DNA of 64,000 bases from Thermodesulfobacteriota bacterium (GTDB lineage Bacteria > Desulfobacterota > Desulfobacteria > Desulfobacterales > SURF-7). The notes under the pieces were generated by a model. The model saw only the letters and a program-made list of their open reading frames with translations. It did not search any database and had not been told where the DNA came from. Positions 10,787-20,252 of this stretch are shown here, one piece after another; positions within the stretch are counted from its first letter, which is position 1, and every line of letters starts with the position of its first letter. Both the position numbers and the translations under genes were made by a program. The DNA lies in assembly GCA_049320885.1 (NCBI GenBank), contig JBMORA010000009.1, positions 192,001 to 256,000 of the forward strand, read 5' to 3'.

Positions 10787-11950
10787 ATGGCGCTAAAGGA
10801 TGTGGTTCAAGAAATAGAAGGATACCGGGAGATCGAGGGCGAAATCCGGGTGCTGAAAAAATACGGCTCCGATTATAAATCCTCGAAAGGGGTGGTGGAT
10901 CAGATCATCGCGCAGTTGCATCCCCCCAAGATCGTCCTGAAGCTTACCGAAATCATCCCGGAAACGGATTCGACCCGCACCTTGCGCTTCACGGGAAAAA
11001 ATCACAACCTGCCGCCCTTCCAGGCCGGCCAATACCTGAATCTGTTCGTGGATGTCCATGGAATCCGAACGAGCAGACCGTACAGCATTTCTTCTCCGCC
11101 CACCCGCACCGGATACTATGATGTCACCATCCGCCGCGTCGCCGAAGGATTTGTATCGAGCTACCTTCTGGACGAATTGAAGGTCGGCGACGAACTGGAA
11201 AGCACCTCCCCGTCCGGGAATTTCACCTACAATCCCCTGTTTCACGGCCAGGATCTCGTATTTCTTGCGGGGGGAAGCGGCATCACTCCCTTTATGAGCA
11301 TGATCCGGGAAGCGGCGGAAAGGGGGCTGACATCCAGGCGGATTCAACTCCTTTACGGCAGCCGGAGCGAGATGGACGTGATATTTCAGGACGAGTTGAC
11401 GGCCATCGCCGGCCGTCACGCCAATATTTCCTGGAAACCGGTGATCTCGGATCCTGCCAGGGACTACCGGGGCGCCAGGGGTCTTTTGACCGCGGAGACG
11501 ATCCGGGAGACCGTGGGGCCGCCCGCCGCTAAAACTTTCTATATCTGCGGCCCGGAAATCATGTATGATTTTTGCCGCCGGGAGCTGGTCCAACTAGGGG
11601 TTCCAAGGGCGAAGATCCGTGTGGAAGCCTATGGTCCTCCAAGTGATGTGACCCGGCAGCCCGGCTGGCCGCCGGAAATCGGACCGGGGGACATGTTCAC
11701 GGTGACCTTGCGGGGCGGAAAAAGCATCCCGGCCAAGGCGGCAGAGCCCCTGATGAACGCTCTTGAGAGACAGGGTATCGTGGTTCCCGCTTCCTGCCGA
11801 TCCGGGGAATGCAGCCTGTGCCGCACCAAAATGCTGTCCGGAAAGGTTTTTCATCCCCAGGGCGTGCGTCTCCGGAAATCGGACCGGCAGTTCGGCTACA
11901 TTCATCCCTGCATGGCCTATCCGCTGAGCGATCTGGAAATCCTGTTGTGA
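10787..11950 (+). CDS. FNR-type FAD/NAD(P) reductase with C-terminal [2Fe-2S] ferredoxin
   Basis: RPYSISS, AGGSGITP, YICGP, CRSGECSLC...C. Confidence 0.9.
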   Translation: MALKDVVQEIEGYREIEGEIRVLKKYGSDYKSSKGVVDQIIAQLHPPKIVLKLTEIIPETDSTRTLRFTGKNHNLPPFQAGQYLNLFVDVHGIRTSRPYSISSPPTRTGYYDVTIRRVAEGFVSSYLLDELKVGDELESTSPSGNFTYNPLFHGQDLVFLAGGSGITPFMSMIREAAERGLTSRRIQLLYGSRSEMDVIFQDELTAIAGRHANISWKPVISDPARDYRGARGLLTAETIRETVGPPAAKTFYICGPEIMYDFCRRELVQLGVPRAKIRVEAYGPPSDVTRQPGWPPEIGPGDMFTVTLRGGKSIPAKAAEPLMNALERQGIVVPASCRSGECSLCRTKMLSGKVFHPQGVRLRKSDRQFGYIHPCMAYPLSDLEILL

Positions 11951-11957
11951 TCCGGCA

Positions 11958-13145
11958 TCACCACACCCGGCAGATCAGCCCCTTGAGGTAATTGGCCTCG
12001 GGGAAATTGAGGGCCGTGGGATGATCGGAGGCCTGCTGTAGCCATTCCAGGATTTGCACGTTGCGACCGGCGTCCAGGGCCGCGAAGGCGACGGCTTTCT
12101 GAAGCAGTTCCGGAGAAATGTGCTGGGAACAGGAAAAGGTGACCAAGACGCCACCGGGCGCAAGAATCTTGCAGGCCAGCAGGTTGATGTCCTTATAACC
12201 GCGCAGGGCCCGTTCCACATCCCGTCGGGAGGCGGCGAACTTGGGGGGATCCAAAACGACAGCGTCGAATCGGCGGTTTGAATCCCGGTAGCCACGCAGG
12301 GCCGCGAAGACATCGTTTTTCAACAGTTCGACCTTGGAGAGATCGACCTGGTTCAAGGCCAGGTTCCGGCTGGTGAGTTCCAGGGCTGCTTCCGAGCTGT
12401 CGATAGCGGTGACATGATCAGCACCCCCTTTCAGGGCGGCGATGCAGAAACCGCCGCTGTAAGTGAAGCAGTCCAGCACCCGGGCCGCCTGCATGTAATG
12501 TCGGGCACGCAGGCGGTTGTCCCGCTGGTCCAGATAAAACCCGGTTTTATGCCCCTGTTTGACATTCACCAGGAAATGATCTCCGCCACTTTTGATCCGG
12601 ATGAAATCCGGAGGCGGAGGCCCCGACAGAACGCCGCAGCGCAGGGGCAGTCCCTCCTTGGCGCGGGACTTGGCGTCGGAGCGCTCGTAGATGCCCGCGC
12701 CGGGAACCATTCGGGTCAGGAATTGAACAAGGTTATCTTTCCAGGATTCGGCACCGGCTGACAGGAACTGACAGACCAGGAATTCTCCATACCGGTCCAA
12801 GATGAAGCCCGGAAATCCGTCGGACTCGGCGAAGACCAGCCTGCCGGCGTCGTCACCGGCGTTCTGCAGGCAGGAAATTCGATGACGGATGACGCATTCC
12901 AGCCGCCGGTACATCCATTTTTCGGTGACTTCCTCCCCGGCGTCAAAGGACCAGAGTCGCACCATGATCTGGGAATGCGGGGAGTAGGCCCCGTATCCGA
13001 GAATTCGGCCATCCGCTGCCTGCACGGCGACCGTCTGACCGCTCCGCGGATTTCCGTCGACCCGGGCGACCGCGCCGGAAAAAATCCAGGGATGCCTGCG
13101 GAACAGCGAATCTTCGCGTCCCTTTTTGAGTGTGACCGCTGCCAT
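11958..13145 (-). CDS. rlmI: 23S rRNA m5C1962 methyltransferase (RlmI-like)
   Basis: PUA domain RRHPWIFSGA, GHKTGFYLDQR, LDPPKF, TFSCS, YLKG; start at ATG 13145. Confidence 0.88.
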   Translation of the reverse strand: MAAVTLKKGREDSLFRRHPWIFSGAVARVDGNPRSGQTVAVQAADGRILGYGAYSPHSQIMVRLWSFDAGEEVTEKWMYRRLECVIRHRISCLQNAGDDAGRLVFAESDGFPGFILDRYGEFLVCQFLSAGAESWKDNLVQFLTRMVPGAGIYERSDAKSRAKEGLPLRCGVLSGPPPPDFIRIKSGGDHFLVNVKQGHKTGFYLDQRDNRLRARHYMQAARVLDCFTYSGGFCIAALKGGADHVTAIDSSEAALELTSRNLALNQVDLSKVELLKNDVFAALRGYRDSNRRFDAVVLDPPKFAASRRDVERALRGYKDINLLACKILAPGGVLVTFSCSQHISPELLQKAVAFAALDAGRNVQILEWLQQASDHPTALNFPEANYLKGLICRVW

Positions 13146-13396
13146 GGGTTTTACGTCATCTTCCTTAAGGTCAACCCGATGCTGATCAAGATGGTCGGGC
13201 AGGCTTTCACCCTGGGACAGAAGACTTCCGCAGGAGTGCAGGTGTATGTCAAACAATCGGAACCCATCCATGTGGATATCATCCTCAATCAATGCCCTTC
13301 TCGAACGGGGCAGGATCACAACACAGGTGTATAGTCAAGAACCGCGCGCATGTCAAACGATTGAATCCGTAAGGGGCAGCGGGAAGGGGCAGCGGA

Positions 13397-13424
13397 TTGA
13401 CAGGCAGTATGGGTCATGTATAAT
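13397..13424 (+). promoter_or_regulatory. sigma70-type promoter of the photolyase gene
   Basis: TTGACA-N16-TATAAT, perfect hexamers. Confidence 0.75.
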
Positions 13425-13514
13425 CCGTTATAACTGGATATCTCGAGTCAATTCCTTGCCGGCGATACCACGGAAAGAAACAACGGATTCAGCGCCTTCG
13501 GAAAGGGATATACG

Positions 13515-14903
13515 ATGATCCGCTCCCAGGTCGAAAGCACCCGGATTCAAATCCTGAACCAGCGGCCGATCCTGCCGAATAACTATGTCCTTTACTGGAT
13601 GCAGCAATCCCAGCGGGCGGTGGGCAACCATGCCCTGGAATACGCCGTTGAACTGGCCAACGCCCGGAATAAGCCGCTTCTGGTTGTATTCGGTCTTACC
13701 GGCGGATATCCGGAGGCCAATGCGCGGCATTATACTTTCCTGATAGAAGGCCTGCGGGAAGTGCGGGAAAGTCTCCGGGCCAGGGGAATCGCCATGGTCA
13801 TACGCCTGGGCGAGCCGGACCGGGTGGCCATGGAATTCGGGAAAAAAGCCGACCTGATGGTGTGCGACCGGGGCTACCTTCGGCACCAGAACCGGTGGCG
13901 TCAAGAAGTGGCCTGTCGCGCCCTTTGCCGGGTCGTCCAAGTGGAGAGCGACGCCGTGGTTCCGGTGGAGACCGCCTCCGGAAAGAAGGTATATGCCGCC
14001 CGGTTTCTGCGGCCCCACATCCACCGCAACCTGTCGCAGTATCTGAAGCGGCCCATACCCCAACAGAGCCGGCATTCGTCCCTGGAGCTGAACCTGCCGG
14101 GTGAAGATCTGGCGGATATCGACGGTCTTCTTTCGACCCTGGGCGTCGACCGGCGCGTCCCTCCGGTCAGCCGGCTGTTCCAGGGGGGGACCAGCCGGGC
14201 CACTGAGCGGATGCAACGATTTGTCCGGGAAGAACTGACCGCGTATGCCGTCAACGGCAATCAGCCCCAGACCGATTCCATTTCCTATTTGAGCCCGCAT
14301 CTGCATTTCGGCCAGATCTCGACCATTGATCTGGCCCTGGCGGTTCAGCAGGCCCAGGATTCTCCAGCTGAATCCAGGGCCGCGTTTTTGGAGCAATTGA
14401 TTGTCCGACGGGAGCTGGCTTTCAATTTTACCCACTATACGCCGGATTACGATCAATTTGCCAGTCTGCCCGGCTGGGCCCGGGAAACTCTCCATTTTCA
14501 TCGGCAGGACAAGCGGGAGTTCCTCTACACGGAAGAGCGGCTGGAGCAGGGCGAAACCCATGATCCTTATTGGAATGCCGCCATGCTGGAAATGAAGCAC
14601 ACCGGTTTCATGCACAATTACATGCGTATGTATTGGGGCAAGAAAATACTGGAATGGTCGGAGAGCCCCGAAGCGGCCTTTACAACCATCCAGAGATTCA
14701 ACAATAAGTATTTTCTGGACGGTCGCGATCCCAATTCCTATGCCGGTTGCGGTTGGATCTTCGGCCTACACGACCGGCCCTGGAAGGAGCGCCCGGTTTT
14801 CGGAAAAATTCGCTGCATGACCGCCGCGGGTCTTGAAAGGAAATGCGATATGGCAGGATACGTGGACAAGGTAAAGCGCCTGGTTCAAATCGTTACTGCG
14901 TGA
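13515..14903 (+). CDS. phr: Class II CPD photolyase
   Basis: YWM..SQRAVGNHAL, LSPHLHFGQIS, EQLIVRREL, GFMHNYMRMYWGKKILEW, LDGRDPN. Confidence 0.93.
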   Translation: MIRSQVESTRIQILNQRPILPNNYVLYWMQQSQRAVGNHALEYAVELANARNKPLLVVFGLTGGYPEANARHYTFLIEGLREVRESLRARGIAMVIRLGEPDRVAMEFGKKADLMVCDRGYLRHQNRWRQEVACRALCRVVQVESDAVVPVETASGKKVYAARFLRPHIHRNLSQYLKRPIPQQSRHSSLELNLPGEDLADIDGLLSTLGVDRRVPPVSRLFQGGTSRATERMQRFVREELTAYAVNGNQPQTDSISYLSPHLHFGQISTIDLALAVQQAQDSPAESRAAFLEQLIVRRELAFNFTHYTPDYDQFASLPGWARETLHFHRQDKREFLYTEERLEQGETHDPYWNAAMLEMKHTGFMHNYMRMYWGKKILEWSESPEAAFTTIQRFNNKYFLDGRDPNSYAGCGWIFGLHDRPWKERPVFGKIRCMTAAGLERKCDMAGYVDKVKRLVQIVTA

Positions 14904-14931
14904 TCCCTATTCCGGTTGTTAGGAGGTGGAT

Positions 14932-15168
14932 ATGTCGATATCGGAAATCATTGCATTGGGCACCGAATACTTTTCGATTCATCCATGGATCGCCATCCTG
15001 GCTGTCGCCGCCGTCCTGGGGCTCCTTTATTGGAACAGCAAGGCGATGGTTCGTATCTTGGGCATACTGCTTCTGTTCGCGGTCCTTTATTATCTTTTTT
15101 CGTTTATCGGCGAATCTACCTCCGTTGGCGTGGATGTAAAGAGAAAGATGCTTGAAAACAGACCATAA
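14932..15168 (+). CDS. Small two-TM membrane protein of unknown function
   Basis: AGGAGG RBS at 14921; two hydrophobic stretches. Confidence 0.7.
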   Translation: MSISEIIALGTEYFSIHPWIAILAVAAVLGLLYWNSKAMVRILGILLLFAVLYYLFSFIGESTSVGVDVKRKMLENRP

Positions 15169-15196
15169 TATATACCGTCATGGATTTCGCGGAGGA

Positions 15197-16264
15197 TTAT
15201 GATTCGGCTTCTTCCTTGTATTGCGTCAGCCGTTCCCTGTTCCAGTCGGCTTTCGAAGTCTGGCGGTGCTCCCGGGAATCGCAGTCCGGGCGGTTGCAGA
15301 TCGGGCAATCCTCGGCCTCGCAGGGATCCATGTGAACCAACACGCTGGCGTTGCCCTGGAATCGATGGACCAGGATTCTTTCCAGATTCTTGGCTTCGTG
15401 GTGGGCTTCATGCAGGGAGATGTCGATGGGAAGCACCAGGTGGAGATCGATATGGATGAAGCTGCCGGAACGCCAGGCGCGCAGTTGATGAATATCGATC
15501 CAGGACGGTCGCCGTTGCTCCTGTAAGAGGCGGGTGATCCCATCCAGCAGGTCCGGGTCCGAGGCGTCCATCAGCCGGGAATAGGATTGGTATACCAGCC
15601 GTCCGCCCGTGAAGAGGATATTCAGACCCACCAGGCAGGCCACGGCGCCGTCCAGCCAGACTTGGCCGCTGATCTGAACCAGCCCCAGACCCGCCACGAC
15701 ACCCACCGATGTATAGACATCGGTGAGGATGTGTCTGCCGTCGGCCGAAAGAGCTATGGAATCGGTGCGCCGGCCAATGGTGACGAGCAACAATCCCAGC
15801 AGCAGGTTGGCCATGGTGACCATCAGAAGCAGGATGACGCCTTTGTGAAGATGCGGCAATGGCCGGGGATGCAACAGTTGCTGGACACCAGTGTAGAATA
15901 TGCCGCATGCTGCGGCGATAATCAAGGCGCCTTCGAAACCGGCCGAGAAATATTCGATTTTCCCATGCCCATAGGGATGATCCATATCCGGCGGTTTTGC
16001 CGCCATCCAGATACTCATGGCGGCAAATGCGCTGGCCACGACATTGATGATGGATTCCAACGCGTCGGATAATACGGCGGATGAACGGGTTATGTCATAG
16101 GCCAGGAATTTCAGGCCCATGATCAGGGAGCCCACCAGAAACGAAAAAACTGCCGTCTGCATGCGCAACGATTGTTGGATAGCCTTATGATCGCCGGCGG
16201 ATGCCGGGGCGGATCGGCCGGTAGGTTCCGTAAGCCTCGCTGGAGTTTTTTTTTTGTTCTTCAT
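15197..16264 (-). CDS. Cation diffusion facilitator (FieF-like) transporter
   Basis: SDALES, HPYGHGKIE, HILTD, C-terminal dimerisation domain followed by a Cys-rich tail (CEAEDCPICNRPDC); start uncertain. Confidence 0.9.
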   Translation of the reverse strand: MKNKKKTPARLTEPTGRSAPASAGDHKAIQQSLRMQTAVFSFLVGSLIMGLKFLAYDITRSSAVLSDALESIINVVASAFAAMSIWMAAKPPDMDHPYGHGKIEYFSAGFEGALIIAAACGIFYTGVQQLLHPRPLPHLHKGVILLLMVTMANLLLGLLLVTIGRRTDSIALSADGRHILTDVYTSVGVVAGLGLVQISGQVWLDGAVACLVGLNILFTGGRLVYQSYSRLMDASDPDLLDGITRLLQEQRRPSWIDIHQLRAWRSGSFIHIDLHLVLPIDISLHEAHHEAKNLERILVHRFQGNASVLVHMDPCEAEDCPICNRPDCDSREHRQTSKADWNRERLTQYKEEAES

Positions 16265-16328
16265 GGCTGCTTGAATACAAGACATTTGCCCGGATTGCCA
16301 ATGAAATTTGGTTTGCATTTCCGGCGCG

Positions 16329-17879
16329 TCACGGCCTGGCCGCCAGGATCAGTTTCGCATCGGAAACCCGTATGGGCCCCTCCTGATAGCCGGTGCTGGG
16401 CAGATCCAGTAAAATGTGCAGGTAGATTCCATCCTGATCCGTTTCAAGGCCGAATCCCACCAACCGGGATGGGATGGTTTTTCCCCCTGCGGTTACGGAT
16501 TTAATTTCTATTTGCCGGACTACTTGATTGTTTTTGGGCAATGGACAAGACACCAGTGCCCGGTCGTTGAATTGACCGGTCCGGGATAAATCACTGTAAT
16601 AGGCTTCCGTAAATGTACTTTTCAAATCAGGATTCCGCAAAACAGCCTCGATGATGATTTCTCCTCCGGCCCGTGGCGTGGCGGAAATCGTGAAGGGAGG
16701 CAGCGCAAAGGCCGCCATGGCCCGAAGAGCGGGATCTCCAAACAAAATTCGGGAAGCCGTGCCGTTGAGCATTACTTCGGCCGCCGTCATTTCCGGAGCG
16801 GGTTGGCCGTCCGCCAGCGGATTCAATTCCGGCAGTTTGCCACCCGCGGCCAGAACCACTCCATCATGGGTGTATTTCATGGACTCTCCCAGGCTGGCGC
16901 CCGAATATGCCAGATATTCCATTTCCTGATAAACCGGGATGCCGTGGTCCGGATGCACGGCCGCCAGATATGCCACTGCTTCGCCCCCCAGGACCCCCAA
17001 GGCAAAGGATGTGGCCGGCGACACCTGTTTTTCACGTATCCGACCGCCGTCCGTTTCGAACCAGGTATGGGTGACACCGGTGTAGCAGGCGCCGCTGAAA
17101 AAAATATGGGGCGCAAATCGGATCCGCCGGACGAAAACCCCATTGAGTGAATCCACGATCCGGTCGGGGTAGCCGTGTCCACCGTAGTGCACCAGCCCGG
17201 CGTTCTGCATCAAGGTAAGTCTGTCCCGGGTGAACCCCTGGGTACCATGACTGATGCTGGTAAGCGCCATTCGTTTTCCCAGCGCCGGAATCATGAAATT
17301 GGAAGGATAGGTGGCGCAGTCCGTTCGATCCATGTCGGAATTGGGCCCAAGGTTATCCACGAAACGGGCCGGAAGGCGAATGGCCCCATTGGCCGCCCGT
17401 TCAATCCGCTGGACAAAGCGCAGAACCGATTCCGGCGTCTCGCCGGTGATGAAGCCTGTCCGGACATCCACAAAGGGATCCGCATCGATCTCCGTAACCA
17501 TTCTGAGCCAGGCCCAGGCCAGGTTTACATCCAGTTCCTCCGGCCGGATGAAGACCATTGCATAGCGAGCCGAAATCCGCGCGAGTCGTTCCTTTACCTC
17601 CTGCAACCGGAGGGGATCGAAAACCATCCATTCCGCCCCTGGATGCAGGTTGCGGGCTGCGAGAATCGCCTGTTCCCAGGCTGCGACCGCCTTTTCGGTC
17701 CCCAGGATCAGATAGGGCCCCCTGCTGTCCATGGAGACTTCCAGAGGAGTTGAAACCAGTGACGGGGGGGCCGCATTTCGCTCTTGTTGCCATTGGATGT
17801 ATATCGTGGAACCCAGGCCGATCAGGGCGCCCAGGGTGCCGCAGATGATCCCGAATGTCGCTTTCTTGGTAAGGTTCAT
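16329..17879 (-). CDS. Membrane-anchored C25 (gingipain)/caspase-fold peptidase-like protein
   Basis: N-terminal TM helix; HYGGHG and FFSGAC match His-Gly/Cys dyad spacing; LFGDP near the domain end. Confidence 0.55.
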   Translation of the reverse strand: MNLTKKATFGIICGTLGALIGLGSTIYIQWQQERNAAPPSLVSTPLEVSMDSRGPYLILGTEKAVAAWEQAILAARNLHPGAEWMVFDPLRLQEVKERLARISARYAMVFIRPEELDVNLAWAWLRMVTEIDADPFVDVRTGFITGETPESVLRFVQRIERAANGAIRLPARFVDNLGPNSDMDRTDCATYPSNFMIPALGKRMALTSISHGTQGFTRDRLTLMQNAGLVHYGGHGYPDRIVDSLNGVFVRRIRFAPHIFFSGACYTGVTHTWFETDGGRIREKQVSPATSFALGVLGGEAVAYLAAVHPDHGIPVYQEMEYLAYSGASLGESMKYTHDGVVLAAGGKLPELNPLADGQPAPEMTAAEVMLNGTASRILFGDPALRAMAAFALPPFTISATPRAGGEIIIEAVLRNPDLKSTFTEAYYSDLSRTGQFNDRALVSCPLPKNNQVVRQIEIKSVTAGGKTIPSRLVGFGLETDQDGIYLHILLDLPSTGYQEGPIRVSDAKLILAARP

Positions 17880-17957
17880 ATCCGAGCTCCGCACCGAAAG
17901 GGGGTGAACGGTGACAAGGAACAGGAGAGGCGGAAAAGCCCTTGTTACGCCGCTCTT

Positions 17958-18296
17958 TTATGGACTTGTGACACAAAAATGCAAATTGAACGGATCGCCT
18001 GGAATCGCTTCGACGGAGACATTCGCAAACCCGGCCGCTTGCAGCATTTTTGTCGCTTGCTGGCGACCCCACATCATCCCCAGGCCGGCGCCGCCGTCGG
18101 CAAGACCGACGGGTATGCAATGCATGAGGCTGACGGTATATAAGAAAGCGCCCATCGGATGGTTCCGGTTTTCCGCCAGGATACTGCTGGCAGCGATGCC
18201 CACCATGGAGAAGCAGCCTTCGGTTTTCAGTAAGGCATGCACGCCTTTGAGAGCCTCCATGGGATGGGTTTGGTCATGGATGGCATCGATAGTCAT
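17958..18296 (-). pseudogene. C-terminal fragment of a class I SAM-dependent methyltransferase
   Basis: DAIHDQ..P...L, FLYTVSLMHC, GGAGLGMMWG, MLQAAGF; N-terminal part including the SAM-binding GxG motif is absent. Confidence 0.7.
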
Positions 18297-18445
18297 CAGT
18301 CATCGCCTAAGAATCACCTGCATTGTATGCTGATTCTTTTGCCAACGTCAATCGCCGGAATGACATTTGTCTTGAAAATCAGAGGAACGCTTGGTGAGGA
18401 GAGGAACCCCGGTTGTGTCCCGAATTGAGCAGGTGTACATGGATA

Positions 18446-18483
18446 ACATATTGAAAAAAATAAATTAATTTTTTTCAATATGT
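18446..18483. repeat. Perfect AT-rich inverted repeat (possible operon terminator or operator)
   Basis: ACATATTGAAAAAAAT-AAATTA-ATTTTTTTCAATATGT, 16-bp arms. Confidence 0.75.
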
Positions 18484-18541
18484 CGAGGATCTGCCGGGCA
18501 TCCAAAACGATGCCCAAAAGCTTGGTGATTCTTGTTTTCAT
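18464..18541 (-). pseudogene. Internally deleted nitronate monooxygenase/FabK-family gene remnant
   Basis: MKTRITKLLGI is the typical family N-terminus, fused directly to IVLDARQILDIL resembling its C-terminal helix; ATG overlaps the ligase stop (ATGA). Confidence 0.55.
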
Positions 18542-20211
18542 CGGCCGCTGTTTTCCGCCGTTTCTCGGATGCGTAAGTCCTTCCGCAGGATTTTACCCAC
18601 GGCCGATTTCGGCAGTGACTCCATGAATTCATAAATTTTGGGCACCTTATACGCTGTCAGCCGTTCCCGGCAGAAGGCGTCCAACTCTTTCTCCGTCACG
18701 GTCGCGCCCGGCCTTAGAACGATGAAAGCCTTGACGGTTTCCCCGCGATAGTGGTCGAAAACCCCGACGACACAGGCTTCGAGGATGTTGGGATGCTCGA
18801 AGAGCACTTCCTCGATATCCCGGGGATAAATATTGAAACCGCCGGCGATGATCATATCCTTTTTTCGATCGACGATATACAGATAGCCGTCTTCATCGAA
18901 CCTGCCGATATCGCCTGTGTGGAACCAGCCGTCCCGGAGGGCGGCTGCGGTTTCTTCGGGTTTGTTGTAGTAGCCTTTAAGCAGCTGTGGGCCTTTGAAG
19001 ATGATTTCGCCTTCGGTGCCGGTGGGCATTTCCTCTTTTCCCTCGTCGAGGTCCACGATCTTGACATCCGTATCCGGAATCGGAACGCCGACGCTGCCGA
19101 CTTTCAGTTTCCCGCGCCAGGGAGTCAGGGTGATAATGGTGGTGGATTCCGTCATGCCGTAGGCTTCGATGATGTCGGCGCCGGCCGCTTTTTTGAGCTG
19201 CTCGATGGTATCGAGGGGCAGCGGAGCGGCGCCGGAAAAAAACCCTTTCACAAAGGACAGGTCCTTCTTACCGAATTCGGGAAGCCCCAGGAGGCCGGTG
19301 TAGATGGTCGGCACCGCCGGCACAAAGGTGGCCCTGTATTTCAGGATGGCGTCCAGCACCGCCTTGGGCTCCGGTTTGGGGATGAGAATATCCGTCCAGC
19401 CCATGAGGATGCAGGAATTCATGACTCCCGTAAACCCTGCCAGGTGAAAAAACGGGAAAATCCCCATATTGCGTTCGCAGGTGTGGTGCAGATCATGGAA
19501 CCAGGCCTTGAAGTTCTGGGTGATATACGAAACGTTGCGGTGGGTCAATGCCACCCCTTTGGCCTGGCCGGTGGTGCCTCCCGTATAGGGAATGAGAGCG
19601 AGCTCGTCCATGGCCGTTTCACCGCCGAAAAATGCAGAAGAAGCGGAAGCCATCAGCTCTCGAAAATCATAGTAGTCGCGGGTGGGCTCGAACTTCCGAT
19701 ACATCTCTTTTTTTAATTTCGGAAACAGCTGCTTCAGAGGGAACGGAAGATAATCATTGATATGGCAGCAGATCACCGACTTTATCCTGGTTTTGGCCCG
19801 CAGTTTGAGCATGCGCGGCGCCAGGATATCGAGGGTGATCAGGACGGAAGAACCCGAGTCATTGAACTGGTGCTCGAGTTCCCGGTCCGTATATAAGGGA
19901 TTATTCGGCACCGGGACGGCGCCCGCCCGCCAGATCCCATAGTAGGCGATTACGATCTGGGGGATGTTGGGCAGGAGCAGGCTGACGCGTTCCTTGGGCT
20001 TGACCCCGATTTGACGGAGGACGGCACCGAACTGATGCGCCAGGCGGTCCAATTCCCGGTAGGTGATTTTTTTGCCCATGAAAATCAGGGCGATCCGCTC
20101 CGGATGGATGCGCGCCGTTCGCGCCAGCACTTCGGGCATGGTGACATCTTCATAGGCGATGGACCGGGGAACCTCGGGTGGATACGATTGGTGCCAGATA
20201 CGCTTTTCCAC
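18538..20211 (-). CDS. Long-chain acyl-CoA ligase (AMP-forming)
   Basis: YTGGTTGQAKG, EAYGMTE, HTGD, DRKKDMI, LPKSAVGK; GTG 20211 with GGAGGA RBS. Confidence 0.93.
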   Translation of the reverse strand: MEKRIWHQSYPPEVPRSIAYEDVTMPEVLARTARIHPERIALIFMGKKITYRELDRLAHQFGAVLRQIGVKPKERVSLLLPNIPQIVIAYYGIWRAGAVPVPNNPLYTDRELEHQFNDSGSSVLITLDILAPRMLKLRAKTRIKSVICCHINDYLPFPLKQLFPKLKKEMYRKFEPTRDYYDFRELMASASSAFFGGETAMDELALIPYTGGTTGQAKGVALTHRNVSYITQNFKAWFHDLHHTCERNMGIFPFFHLAGFTGVMNSCILMGWTDILIPKPEPKAVLDAILKYRATFVPAVPTIYTGLLGLPEFGKKDLSFVKGFFSGAAPLPLDTIEQLKKAAGADIIEAYGMTESTTIITLTPWRGKLKVGSVGVPIPDTDVKIVDLDEGKEEMPTGTEGEIIFKGPQLLKGYYNKPEETAAALRDGWFHTGDIGRFDEDGYLYIVDRKKDMIIAGGFNIYPRDIEEVLFEHPNILEACVVGVFDHYRGETVKAFIVLRPGATVTEKELDAFCRERLTAYKVPKIYEFMESLPKSAVGKILRKDLRIRETAENSGR

Positions 20212-20252
20212 ACTTCCTCCTCTGGTGACGCGGGGGGTTGGTAAGCTTTCAA

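Noticed and set aside
13150..13330. Possible riboswitch upstream of rlmI
   Set aside because: Only short hairpins; no recognisable aptamer consensus.
16246..16255. A10 tract near the CDF gene start as a phase-variation switch
   Set aside because: In frame, encodes an ordinary Lys-rich N-terminus, and a downstream ATG exists; no evidence of slippage.
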